45,780 nucleotides of DNA from Fistulifera solaris (taxonomy: Eukaryota). Location of the stretch: assembly GCA_030295235.1 (NCBI GenBank), contig AP026137.1:1116001-1161780 (forward strand), given 5' to 3'. Position 1 is the first letter of the stretch. Every line of letters starts with the position of its first letter. Below, in pieces: positions 22,101 through 33,957 of the stretch. A program made the translations under genes and the position numbers. The notes beneath the pieces were generated by a model that was not told the origin of the DNA, searched no databases, and saw only the letters and a list, made by a program, of their open reading frames with translations.

Positions 22101-25016
22101 TGGAATCGACAGCAAGGGAAGAGGTTGCAATTCTTGGCCCCTTTACTGAAAATTGTTCAACAGGCGGCGATGTCACAATCTGGCCAACATCACCAGCTAA
22201 TATATGCTTCGCTTGGTTGAGAGCCTCCTCCGACACCTTCACTATAGAGCCCGACCCAGCAGTAGCGAAAGAACCCGTCTTATCCCATGACGGAATCGGA
22301 GATCTCGAATCTTCATCGATAAAAGCAACCGCCTTTCTTATTGCATTTTCTGATGCCTGCACTACTGCACCCGATCCAGCAGTAGAGAACGAAACTTTGG
22401 CATTGTCTTTGGCGGAAACAGTCGTGCTGGATGACAGAAGCGGTATTTCGTTTGATTCTTTGCACAATAAAGCATTTCCTTTCTTCAATGCAGACACGTC
22501 GACTGTAGAGCCCGATCCAGCAGTAGCGAACGTAGTATGAGCAGAACGATAAGACGTAGCCTGCTGATTCGATGCCGGATTCAACGAGGAGCATGCGTCT
22601 CCGACGAAAAGAGCATTCACCCTCTTTAGCACCTCATCCGATACCTGCACTATTGCGCCCAATCCTGCAGTGGCGAATGAAGCAAGAGCGTCATTATTGG
22701 CGGAATCCATAGCACCAAATGAATGATTCGGTACATCATTTGAGCCTTCGCAAAGTGAAGCCTTTCTCTTATCCAATGACTCCTCCGCCAGTACCTTATT
22801 TATTGAATACGACCCAGCAGAAGCGATTGAGACGAAAGCAGAAGGTTTGGACAAGCTCAGCTGATTTGATGACAAGTTTGGTGATGCGCTCGAGTCTCCA
22901 TCAAAAGAGCATTTCCCCGCTGTATTGCCTCCTCAGAAACCTTCACTAGCGATCCCGATCCGGCAGTGGCGAAAAAAGGCAAAGCAGATGATATGGAAGA
23001 GGCCAGCTGATTCGATGAGGAAAATGTAGAAGAGGAACCCAAGTTCCCGCTAAATAGAGCGTTCCCCTTCTGCGTTGCCTCATCAGAAACCTTCACTACC
23101 GATCCCGATCCGGCAGTGGTGAATGAAACACAAGCATCGCTCATGGCAGCAACAGTATTATCGGATGATACGTGGGGTAGCAATGTTAAGTCTCCGGTAA
23201 ACAGAGCGCTCCCCTTCTGTATTGCCTCCCTAGAAACCTTCACTAGCGATCCCGATCCAGCAGTGGCGAATGAAGAAAAAGCGACCCGACTTTCAGCGAA
23301 CACTTCAGTAGTCGAACATGGAGCCAGGACGTGTTTAACATCAGGACCAAGCAACTCTTTTGCCATTTCGATGCCCACTCTGGACTCTTTATCGGCACTG
23401 CCACATTCAGTACGACTCCTAACAAACTTTTCTTGTCCGGTTGGGGATGGTGATAGACAAACGCTACAGGATGAAGATCCATGTGTCCTTTTCCGACTTT
23501 GCTTGGGTAATTCAGCTGAATCGTCAACTCCGACAGTCGAAATCGCATTTAAGGGAAGTCTCTTTCCATCAGGGAGAGGTATCGACGAAACACTTAAACC
23601 ACAAGAATCAATTGTCTTGTCTGTGTCAAATTCCTGTTCACATAATTTCGACATGGTAACTGAACCGGAAGTAGAGAGCGCGACAAAGTTGGTTTCTGCT
23701 TCGGAAGGCAAATGGTAGTCTAACGTGCTTGACGCGAAATGCAAGCTCGAGTTTCCACTAGGCAACATGTTTGTTACATTCGAGCTTTGTTCATTCCCTT
23801 CAAGGACCACATCCACTTCATCGACTGTGGTGACCAGAGGAGCGTTGGTTTCTGGTAAATACGCCTCGTTTTGATGATATTTTACTCCATGGATGAGAAT
23901 CGAGGTGTTATCTGCAGGAATTGATTTGTGACATACTTCTTTTTGATGGGGATCAAGCAGTCCGCTGCTTTTAATAGATGAGTGATTCTGCATTGAATCA
24001 TACGATTGTGACGTCTCCTCACTCGATCGGGTATTGTGATGACTGGACATGCGCGCCACAGGTTTGCCCGTCTCGTATTCGTCTCGTTGCGATTGACTAG
24101 CAGGTGTGTAAAAGAATTCAACTGTATTTTCTGTGACAACTTTTTCAACGAACTTCGGCGTTTTCGTCAGTTTCTTGGTTGTAGCCGTGCCGCGAGAATG
24201 GAGAAGGTGGTTTTGTTTGTGATTTTCTTTGTCATTATCGCATATGTTCTCCTTCTCACAAGTGTCGTCATGTTGAACATCACTATCAGCCACTTTAAAC
24301 GCTTTTAGGTATTGTTCAACTGCGCTTGATAGCCCTTTCTCACCATGTTCTTCGGCGCATTGTACTTGTGCAGAGTCTGCAAGATGTTTAGTAGCAGCCC
24401 CGCCGTTTTCTGTGACGTGACATTCCTCCGTCGAAACTTTTCCTGTGCACAGAACAAGGTCCGAGGTCGAGTCTTTTCCGCTTTCCTTTATTGAGAGAGA
24501 CGGTTCGGTTGCTTGGTTATGTGTACGTAATGAATGGCCAGCCTCGTGATCGTTGCGGCGTGTTTCAGTCCATGATTGTTCGATGTCTTCCGGAACTGCG
24601 AGCTCTATACCAAGTTTTTCTATACAAGTATGAGTTTCGGGAAATAAGGGAGACAAGGTCTTGCTTCTCGAAGCTTCCTCGTGGTCTTGCTTCGAGTTGC
24701 ATTGTTTTGCGTCGCAAGCCACCGGCTCTTCGCGACTTGGTTGATTATCATTCACGCATTGATGAGTTCGTCGCCGACGCTTCCGTAGCCATGTCGCCAC
24801 AATAGAAGAAGAGGTTGCAGAATTACTATTCAGAGCAGATACCGCTGATGGGTTGTCGCCTCTTGACAGCTCAGCAACCGGGCGATGAGACTGACAGGCT
24901 TCACATCGACGTCTTCGCGAAGGATTTTGTAAAGTGCAGCGTGTGCATATCCAACGTTCTTCTGCTCCTGTAGATTCAGAAGATTGTAATACATTTTTTA
25001 GCTTTCGTTTCGGCAT
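19172..25016 (-). CDS. BRCA2: BRCA2 homologue (BRC repeats plus helical/OB DNA-binding domain), split by several frameshifts
   Basis: Seven clear F(A/T/S)TAG.G..V.VS..A…L repeats plus degenerate ones at ~22200-23370. DBD motifs WLANHLRWITW, RYDRE, MILCV, IELSDGWY and ANSCR.AKWNAKLGF. N-terminal W-x-C-x2-C-x3-N-x6-C-x2-C finger. Confidence 0.9.
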
Positions 25017-25130
25017 ATTTCCGGTATATGAAAGAAGCAATGGTCATTTTATTGCTGATGACGAAAAAGCAGTAAATGATGAGCGGCGGAGCAGCAAAAA
25101 TGCGCGGGTTCATGATAAAAACGCAGCACC

Positions 25131-25290
25131 CTCAGATTTTCTGGGCAAGTGAGAACAACAATCAGCCAGATTTTCCGTGGGGGTCAAAACCCTCCACAAA
25201 CCGTGCATAAGAAACACCACTAACCCAGATTTTCTGGATGATTGAAGAAACACTCGCCCAGATTTTCTGGGGACGTGAAAGCACACATGC
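25131..25290. repeat. Second array of the CCAGATTTTCTGG 33-34-bp repeat family
   Basis: Cores at 25131, 25165, 25224 and 25257, in the same orientation as the 6137 array. Confidence 0.8.
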
Positions 25291-25468
25291 ACTGCGAGGC
25301 AGCTTTTCGTCGTCAAATGTATCCATAGATCTATTGATGAGCAAAAGTGCAAAAATAAAGCGTGCCCTGATACTTTCATTGCTTTTAAGAAATTCATTAT
25401 CTTATAAGGTCTGCGGATGCTATAATATCTTTTACGAAGCCTAGAGCCACCCAAAACCTTACCTGGTA

Positions 25469-25942
25469 TCAAGCAGACCTTGCAACAGATGACATGATTT
25501 CATGAGAAAAACTCAGCCCCGAGATAGCCACAGGTAAGGCGTTGTCCTTTGTATCAAGATTCCTTTGAGAACGAGCGCGATTTGGCATGCTGGGTGTCAG
25601 ATCGATGGACTGTCTTGTCGACGAAAGCCCTGCTTGTGCGATATTGCATATCAAGGGAGGATCAGTATATCTGAGTGGCTTGTTGGGCGAACAATCTAAT
25701 CGATCAGTTGAAGACATGCCTTGAGAATGCCCAGAAAACCACCGACAATGGTGCGATACCGCGAATGGTAAAGATACAGAACTGTCAATTGATAAGTCAT
25801 CATCGCAATTTCCATCGACAACCGCCCTCGACTTTTCAAAAAAAGCATCAGTTTGTGGCCACCGCTTGTCGATCACGAAGATAACTTGTGGCGGAGCGGC
25901 AGAATTCAACGATGCCATGCCGGATTCAAGATCCTTATTCAT
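25469..25942 (-). CDS. Hypothetical low-complexity protein
   Basis: Open frame (extends to 26038) with short PxxPxR motifs (PNKPLR, PSMPNR); no domain recognised; start uncertain. Confidence 0.5.
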   Translation of the reverse strand: MNKDLESGMASLNSAAPPQVIFVIDKRWPQTDAFFEKSRAVVDGNCDDDLSIDSSVSLPFAVSHHCRWFSGHSQGMSSTDRLDCSPNKPLRYTDPPLICNIAQAGLSSTRQSIDLTPSMPNRARSQRNLDTKDNALPVAISGLSFSHEIMSSVARSA

Positions 25943-26780
25943 ATTTCTTGATAAGGAAACTTGTTCGGTCAATTGACTGCATTGTCGACGAGATGGACCT
26001 ATTCTTGCCATGCACATTGCGGAATTTGATTTAGCCAAGCAATGGAACGATTACTGTACAGGCTGTCAAACGGTGACACCAGAGTTAAATGCGGTGATGC
26101 TGCGCAAAGAGCTTTCGATTTCTTTTTGTGACGACGAAGATGTATGAAATACCAGTAAAGTGATGCTTCTCATTAGACATCATTGTATTTTTGTTTACTT
26201 GGTATTTTTAGTCTTGATCGGATTTCGGATGATGATTATTCATTCTATGTTGCGAGTGTTGGGAGGTAGACGAAGTCTTTTCGTGTTCCTTCTTCTTCGT
26301 TCTTCGTGTCACGCGCACCGAACTCCCCGAACACCGCGAACACCGTACGCCTTCGTTTATCATGCACAACAGCAGACCTTCGAGTTTCTAATTCACGAAG
26401 GGTTAAAAGGAAGTAGTGATATCATGACGAACACAAGGCAAGATGCAAGATCCAAGATCCTACAGTTAGCTAAGAACGTTCCCATTAGCCTAGATTCTAT
26501 AGTATACCTATTTACTACAAGACGACTCATGACTGATTTCAATCTTGGTAAAAGCTTTAAAATCTAATACGGAGTAGTAACTAAAGTTTTCCTCATCTCC
26601 GGCGTTCAAGCCACCCTACCAGTCCAAGACAAGCGAAACAACAGTCCTAGAAAGAAAATAACGTCCCAATTCCTTGTCTACTTTTAAAGAAAATAAAGAA
26701 TAACTCAATGATTGATAGGCGGTTACCTATTGTTTAAGAGGACTTTTTAGTCGCCCTTCGCCCTTCGGGCACAGCATGCT

Positions 26781-29700
26781 TTAAAAATTTGCAAAGATGT
26801 CTTCTTCTTCCTTCTTCAATTTGGGGAATTTCTTTTCGTCTTATCTTCGAGATGACTCCAGTCTTCAAAATGTGAACCATCCAAAGGATCAGTGATTTGA
26901 GGGATGTACGGCGGATCGATCTCATAACCGCGCAACATGTCAAAATCAATACTACCGAACCATTCGTGATTAAGAATATCATCCTCAGCCCCAGCCAAAC
27001 TTCCCAATCTCTGATTCGGGTTTCTGGTAAGAAGACCATGGATGATATCTGAGCAAGCGTCACTGCATAGTTCGCTGTTTAAATTGAAAGAGCCTTTCAC
27101 TATTGCGCGGAACAAATCCATTTGCTGCATTCCGGAACGATAAAATGGAGTCCCTCCTGTGATCATCTCATAGAATAGAACGCCCATGCTCCAGTGGTCC
27201 GCGCCCCAATTGTGACCGCGGTTGAGAATCTAAAATCGACGTTTTGTGAATTGTAAGAGAGTCCCTGCCAAATCAGCGTAACTGTAAATAAGATCTCCGT
27301 TTACTTACCACTTCAGGCGCCAAATAAAGCGGTGTTCCGCAGAGTGTGTACGTTTTGTCTGTTACATATTTCGCGAAACCGACTGCGTATATCAAATGTA
27401 TGATCGAGGGGATGGAACGCAAGAGTGAGCGCTTCGTAGCCGAAGAGTTGAAGCAAGAATAACGTACAATCGATTATTACCGGATACCCGTGAGCGTTGA
27501 TCAGTACGTTTTCTGCGTCGACGAAAGAACAGTTTGAGTTAGAAGAAGGAACGTGAAGCAGTGTAAACCAGCCGGTCCATTGTTCCTACCTGGTTTAAGA
27601 TCACGATAGACGAAGCCACGTTTGTGCATAAACACTAATCCCTCCGAGATCCCAGCAGCGTAAAAACGAGCTTGGTCTTCCGGAAGAGAATCGTGATCGT
27701 CAGTATGAATAACGTTGTAGAGTTCTCCACCCTGAATAAGTTCCATAAGCAAATACACAAAACTTTCATCCTGATAAGAGTTGACCAAGCGAATCAAGAA
27801 AGGATGACGCAGCGTCGCCATAATATTCTTTTCCTGCACGACAGCTTTCGCTTGCCCGTCCTGAATGAGTTCGTACTTGGATTGAACTTTTAGTGCATAA
27901 GGTACTTTCTCACCATGAGAGTTCCGAGAGACAAGCCATACGGTTCCGAATGTTCCACAACCAAGGATTTTGTGGCGTTTGAGCTCCTTTTCGGAGACCT
28001 CGCGATCCATTAAGCTGTCCTTTATAGATCGTTCCGACTTTCCAAGCAACTGCGTATCCAGAATCTTCCGGCAATCCATCAAAGTCAGGACTCCAAGTGT
28101 AGAGTCCACGATGAGTTTAGCTGTGGAGATAGACACCGCCTTTGCCGCTTTCATATTTGTCGAAGTTTCAAGCTTTGTGTCCACAAGTAATTGCTCCTCT
28201 CCGAAGCAATCTCCTGCCACTTTAATAATGACGTCGTCATCCATTTGGATCTGAACCTTTCCTTCACGAACAAAATACATCGCAGCCTGCGTAGGCACAT
28301 CTTTCTCGAATACGCTTTCCCCTGATTTGAACTTCTTTTCCTTGATCAGTTTTGCAAGAGACAGTAAGGTTTGCTCATCAAGGTTCGAATCTTGAATTAA
28401 CGGAATCTCTTGCAACGCTTTCTGTTCTTGAGCCCGGAGAATCAACCTACTGAGTTTTCCGAGAACGCGTTCGAATGTTGACTTGTCGATACGAAACGCG
28501 AGACCATCCGTGAGCGCGACAACGTCGGCCGAATGGGGCTCTCCCGACACGAGGGACTTTTCACCAAAGAAATCGCCAGCTTTCATGATCTTATCCGTTT
28601 CCTTGCTTACCCCGGATGATTCCATGTTCGTAGCCTTTAGCTCACCCATACTCACGACGAAGAACGTATCACCTGAATCTCCGTTTTTCACCAAGTAGTC
28701 GTCTTTTCGAAAACGAACCGGGACCATGACACGCGAAAGTTTGTTATGTTCGTGGTGCGATAATGTCTCTAGGAATGATACGCCAGCAAGCAAAGATACC
28801 TTCTCTCCTTGTGATTTTTCCGTTAAATTCTTTAACAAATACCGAAAACAAGTCTGATCAACGCGGAACAACACAACGTCGCCCAAAGCTTTAACAGAAG
28901 CAGCGCGCGGACAAGTATAGAGCAAAGCCAGCTCACCGAACGATACACCAGGACCAGCTGTTCCAACTTGCTTGTCATTGATCAAAAATTCAATTTCACC
29001 CTGCAAGACGGTGTAGAAATAGTCTCCGTCGTCGCCTTGGTTGATGATTGCATCAGTAGCTTTAAACGAAACTTTCTCGAATGCGTCGATCAAGGGTTTG
29101 AAGTCACTTAACGATTCAAAGACAAAGTTACCCCTTAACGCCGTTTCAATGCAGGCTCTTTCGTCTTCTGTCTTTTCGTGGTAGGGAGGCTTGTAGCTAT
29201 CTTTGAAGTTCAAAGGTACGGCAAAGATATTTTTGACGTGGTGTGCTCCTTCAGTCATCTTGTCTCCAATTGGACGAAGCAGCTGAAGCGCTAGCCCCGG
29301 GTCTAAAAATCTATTTCCCACCACGGACAAACGCCGAAGGGCATCATCCATTCCTCGTTTCGCACCTTTTCCTACAGTTTTAACGCCTTTGACGGCGGTT
29401 TCACCAATTTTCTGCGCTCCCTTCTGAACGCCGTGCACAGCTGTCGTTCCAACGTTTACAGCTGTAGTGCCAACGTTTACAGTCGTTTCACCGATTTTCT
29501 GGGCTCCTTTGATTGCATGATCACTCATTTTCTGAACACCTTGTACTGCAGTTGTACCGACGCTAACAGTGACATCGACGCTCTTCTGAACTCCTTTTAC
29601 GGCTCCTTTTATCGCATGATCACTTACTTTTTGAACGTTTTTTCCGGCTGTTTGTACACCTTTTCCTACTTGTTGAGCGCCTTTAACGATTGGAGCCGTA

Positions 29701-29852
29701 ATAGAAGCCTTCCGTCCTCCGTGACGCGGGCTTCCGGAAACGTTCGGACTTGGGGCGTTGGGGACATTTGCATCCGTATTGGCTTCAGGAATTGCACTCG
29801 TCAATGTTGCTGCGGCGGGCTCCGCGACGGCTCTTGAGGAGTTACAACCCAT
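26781..29852 (-). CDS. Cyclic-nucleotide-dependent protein kinase (PKG-like architecture: three cNMP-binding domains plus AGC kinase)
   Basis: MGC acylation start, [37 protein letters not shown] and [10 protein letters not shown]. Exons 29852-27590, 27512-27468, 27382-27309 and 27229-26781. FxxF-type end (DIFANF) after a 1-nt frameshift near 26830. Confidence 0.92.
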
Positions 29853-30503
29853 TGCAAAGACAGCAGCAAGCAAATAGTCACTCTAATTTCAAAGGCGGTT
29901 TGAAGATTCCAACGAAATAATAATTGTTAAGTTGCCTTCATTATGAGGCAACGTCGACGTTGATCCGATCTTTCTCATGGTGTACCGGTGTACTTTATGG
30001 CCTATTATAAGCTAAGACTCGCGTCGTACAGTTATTGGTTATTGACCACGTACAATTCGGGAATCAGTAAATGTTAGTCGTGATCTCTGGAAAAAGGTAT
30101 CCTACACTTTGAGCTATAGTAGACTTAATAATTCAACGACAATCAATTACGAAACGCCGTTAGCAACAAATTTGGATGAAACTCTCCAATAATATCATCA
30201 ACAAGCTGGCCTTCGTATGATACTATATGAAGAATGTAAAGGCGTTCCTTCGTGGCTGTCAGAGACAAGTTTCCGTTTGCGTCGCATACTTTCGGGGTTG
30301 AAAAATGACGTCGAACAAGAAATATTGGATAAGATTGCCGGTTCATCGCTATTACAGTCCAAGCTTGGTAAATTCTAATCAATAGTTAGTAACAGATAAC
30401 AAAATACTAAGCATTATGTAATGTCATGTAGACTACTCATGTAAATGATTCGCCATGGAACCACAATGAGGTCACGATAATCTTCGTAACAACCACAAAT
30501 AAA

Positions 30504-31295
30504 TCACGCGTAGTCGACATGAGATGCCAAGAGACAAGGAACAAGCTGCTGTACCCAGTAGTAAAGGGAATCCGGCGAACGAGAAGATTTTTCCAGTATC
30601 GATAGAGTATTTCGATCTTTTCGCGCTAGTATTGTGCCACGTCCTTTCCGATTTAGGTCCAAGTAAAACAGTTGTCGATCCGATGGCATATAAGTCGTGT
30701 CTGACATAATGTAAGCGAGCTCATTCTTTGCTTCCGCAACCTCGTAAAGATATCGCCACGCAACGGATGAAATACACGGATTTCGCCTTAGACTCAAGAA
30801 CTGAACGTTTGACGTGAAAGACAGAAGACCAGGAATCAAACCTTTAACGAAATGTTCGTCTCCTAGATTCCAGTTCCAAAGGGAAACCTCAATTAAATTG
30901 GACGACAGTTCTAAAAAACGTCGCAACGTTTCCGGCTTGACAAGAGGACGACGAATATTGTGGTCTTCGTTGTCCCAAGTTCGAACTGACGAATCAAAGC
31001 ATTGTAGATTAGGTGTCATTGCAACCATTTGCAGAAGCGGATCAAGGTAGAACTCAGGGTAGTCCGCGGGTAGTTCTATATCGTACAAGGTAATCGTTTG
31101 TAGAGTGTCTTGTTTTCTTTGTATCTCGTTGACGATTTCAGCGACGTCATTTAGAGGTAAGCCGTACTTGCGAAAGGAAGTTGAGTCAGGATGCATCGAC
31201 CCCTTGTTGTACTGGTTCGTTACGCAGATTTTCGGTGCTTGACGATACAATGAAAGCATATCATCTTCCGCACGGACTCGTTTTTGAGGATTCAT
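30504..31295 (-). CDS. Hypothetical RNI/leucine-rich-repeat-like protein
   Basis: 263-aa ATG ORF with LxxLxL-like units (LQTITL, LIEVSLWNWNLGDEH, VQFLSLRRNPCI) and an LDLNRKGR…LYYW tail. Confidence 0.6.
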   Translation of the reverse strand: MNPQKRVRAEDDMLSLYRQAPKICVTNQYNKGSMHPDSTSFRKYGLPLNDVAEIVNEIQRKQDTLQTITLYDIELPADYPEFYLDPLLQMVAMTPNLQCFDSSVRTWDNEDHNIRRPLVKPETLRRFLELSSNLIEVSLWNWNLGDEHFVKGLIPGLLSFTSNVQFLSLRRNPCISSVAWRYLYEVAEAKNELAYIMSDTTYMPSDRQLFYLDLNRKGRGTILARKDRNTLSILEKSSRSPDSLYYWVQQLVPCLLASHVDYA

Positions 31296-31763
31296 TCTTC
31301 CTTGCTGGTAACTGTCGCTCCTGTCGTCGACGACAAAGTTGAATCACTCTAAGCTACTGCAACGACGGTGATGAAATATTGTAAGAAAGATCACCTTTTG
31401 TAATGATGATGCTTCCTCAAAGTTCACGTTTGGCGTTCGATTTTCTGTTCAATGAGAAGCAATGCTTCAAGGCTCATTCTTCTGAAACATAAACTAATCG
31501 CTCCGGTGTCGCATTATATCGACCCATCTGTACCTACTCTTCTTTCTAGTTTCGGACGCTGACGCTTACGTGTTTTCCAAAAGCGTGCGATGTTCATCCG
31601 ATTGCACGCAATAACATTCGCGCACATCGCACTTTACCAGTACCAAAACAACGAAACAACTCATTCATCATTCGAGCTAGATTACCTGGTATACGATTCA
31701 TTTTCTTTCTTTCTTTCTTTCTTCACTTATTGAAACATTACTTTACAATATTCAATTTCTAAA

Positions 31764-32463
31764 ATGAAGTTTGCGCTGCCTGCTGCATTTTTACTTGTCA
31801 ATACACGTGCATTTGTGATTCCGAACAGTCTGCCATCTCGTGGCTCTTCGTTGCAAGTCTTTGATCGGTTGTTCTCAACCAACACAAACAGTCAATATCC
31901 AGTCATCGCGGATGAAAGTGTTATGAGTAAGAAAGCTCATGGAACTTCGGAAAAACCGGTGCAGAAAGATCTACGCTGGAAATGTGATTACGACACGGCC
32001 GATCGCAGTAAGTTAATGTCTTCGCATCATATTTTATTCTATTTTATCGCTTATCGTAGCCTCAATCGCGTTAACTCACTCGTTCTCCTCTCAACAGTTT
32101 GCAACTTCAATCGACATTATGCCGAATTCGCTGGCTACTGGACAACAACTACCTTTCTCGATTATTGCAAAGAAGCAGCTGCTGCCGGAGAACTGCCTAT
32201 CAAATTCTACGACTCTGTCACTGGAGAGCTTCTGTTCACTGCTCCCGTAAATCGATCCCTGGAAGACTTTTTTGAAAGAATCGCAAAAGCACGGATGGCC
32301 CAGTTTCCGCGACGAGGAAGTTAATTGGGATTATGTTCGATGCTTGCGAGATGGTGAATGCGTGAGTACGACCGGAACCCACCTAGGACACAATATTCCC
32401 GATAAAACAGGTAATCGTTACTGCATCAATTTGGTGAGCGTGGCTGGTCAACCGGAAGCATAA
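31764..32463 (+). CDS. msrB: Plastid-targeted methionine sulfoxide reductase B-like protein
   Basis: HGWPSF, THLGH and RYCIN motifs; signal peptide ending TRA-FV. 90-nt intron 32008-32097; extra T in the homopolymer near 32270. Confidence 0.85.
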
Positions 32464-32946
32464 GACGTCAAATTATCATGGAGGATTTTGTAAGGTTGAT
32501 GTGACGAAACGAGGTACGGATGTAGTATTCATCAGTTGGCTAGGAAAATGTTAATGAAATGCTTCATTGTTGACCACTAGAAACCCATACTCAATTTCTA
32601 AGATCGTTTGGTTCCTCTTTGCACGGTTACAATATGTTTGAGTGGATGCTACGAGGAGACGTTGTCTGAACTATAAACCCGTCGGAACGCGATTTAAATC
32701 GAGAAAAGTAATTCACAACCAGTAGACCAGTATCAATTGAAATACCTGGTCTATACAACACTTCTTAATCAATTACGACTCAAGACAATATAAGAAGCGA
32801 TTTCCGTTAGTGTCAAAGCACCAGCGACCGGGTGGATCATTCATACATACTCAGTAAATAGTCAATTCTGAGATCCTACATCCATAACGAAGATGAACCT
32901 CAACCAGCATCCAGCATCCGACAATAGAAATGAATATATCAAGTTT

Positions 32947-33957
32947 TTATCGACCTCCAGTAATTTGCTGACGCAGCTGTAGAATCGATTGTTGTTTATC
33001 TGCGGGAAGTTGTTGAATCTGCTGCGGAGTCAAACTCATGACCTGTTGCACCAGAGCAGGATCTAGGACTGCACTATTAGCAAGAGGCTGAACCTGTGGC
33101 GGTGGAGGCGGCGGAGGACGGGACCGAGGGTCGGCTCTAGGATCAGTTCTAGCCGCTAGTCTTGGATCTGCGCGACGAGGATCGACGGGAGCGGCAGCCT
33201 GACGAGGATCACGATTAACAGCAACTGCACGAGGATCTACCGGAGCATTCGCGGCCTGTCGAGGATCGCGTGGTGGCGCTTGCGGAGTGGGTGCGATCGG
33301 AGGAGCTGGAATTGCTGCTCCCAAAACGGGCGCAGCAGTCGTGACGGGCGTTTTGACCATATCCAACTTGCTCATGCAAAACAAAATTGCCTCGGGTAGC
33401 TGCGGATGACTTGCGAGCAGACGTCGTGCTTCTTCGGCATCTAGCTCTTTCAGTTTCGCAACGACGTCGTACATTTCTGCTTTGCTCATCGCCTTTAGTG
33501 CCTCAGCGACAGCACTTGTCCCCGGAGAAGGCGCTGCAAGTGTTCCGACCTGTTGATTTTGCTGCTGGCGCTTCGCCTGAGACAGATCCATGCCCAACTT
33601 TCCAGCCAAATCTTCGAGATGCGATGAATTGCTGAAGTTGACGCGAAGACGACGCCCGTTGAGTTCGTAATCATTCATGTTACGAATAGCTGACAAAGCA
33701 GCCTGTGCGTCTTGAAATTCAACAAATGCAAAACCGCGTGGTTTGCCTGTATCAACATCGGTAACGAGCCTGACATTGATAACACGACCAATATCGCTAA
33801 AGGCTTGATGCAATTGCTCTTCCGTTGTGTTAAAAGCGAGATTTCCGACGAAAATGTCGTTTTTTGGACCAGAAGAAGCTGCTGCTACTGCGGCTGGATT
33901 TGCTGTAAACATAGGAGGAACCGGAGGCGGAGGAATTGAGGCGTTTGCGGGCCACAT
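32947..33957 (-). CDS. CSTF2: Cleavage stimulation factor 64-kDa subunit (CstF-64/RNA15)
   Basis: RRM (IFVGNL…GKPRGFAFVEF…AIRNMNDYELNGRRLRV), hinge (ARRLLASHPQL), DPR repeats and C-terminal QVMSLTPQQIQQLP…ILQLRQQ. Confidence 0.93.
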   Translation of the reverse strand: MWPANASIPPPPVPPMFTANPAAVAAASSGPKNDIFVGNLAFNTTEEQLHQAFSDIGRVINVRLVTDVDTGKPRGFAFVEFQDAQAALSAIRNMNDYELNGRRLRVNFSNSSHLEDLAGKLGMDLSQAKRQQQNQQVGTLAAPSPGTSAVAEALKAMSKAEMYDVVAKLKELDAEEARRLLASHPQLPEAILFCMSKLDMVKTPVTTAAPVLGAAIPAPPIAPTPQAPPRDPRQAANAPVDPRAVAVNRDPRQAAAPVDPRRADPRLAARTDPRADPRSRPPPPPPPQVQPLANSAVLDPALVQQVMSLTPQQIQQLPADKQQSILQLRQQITGGR

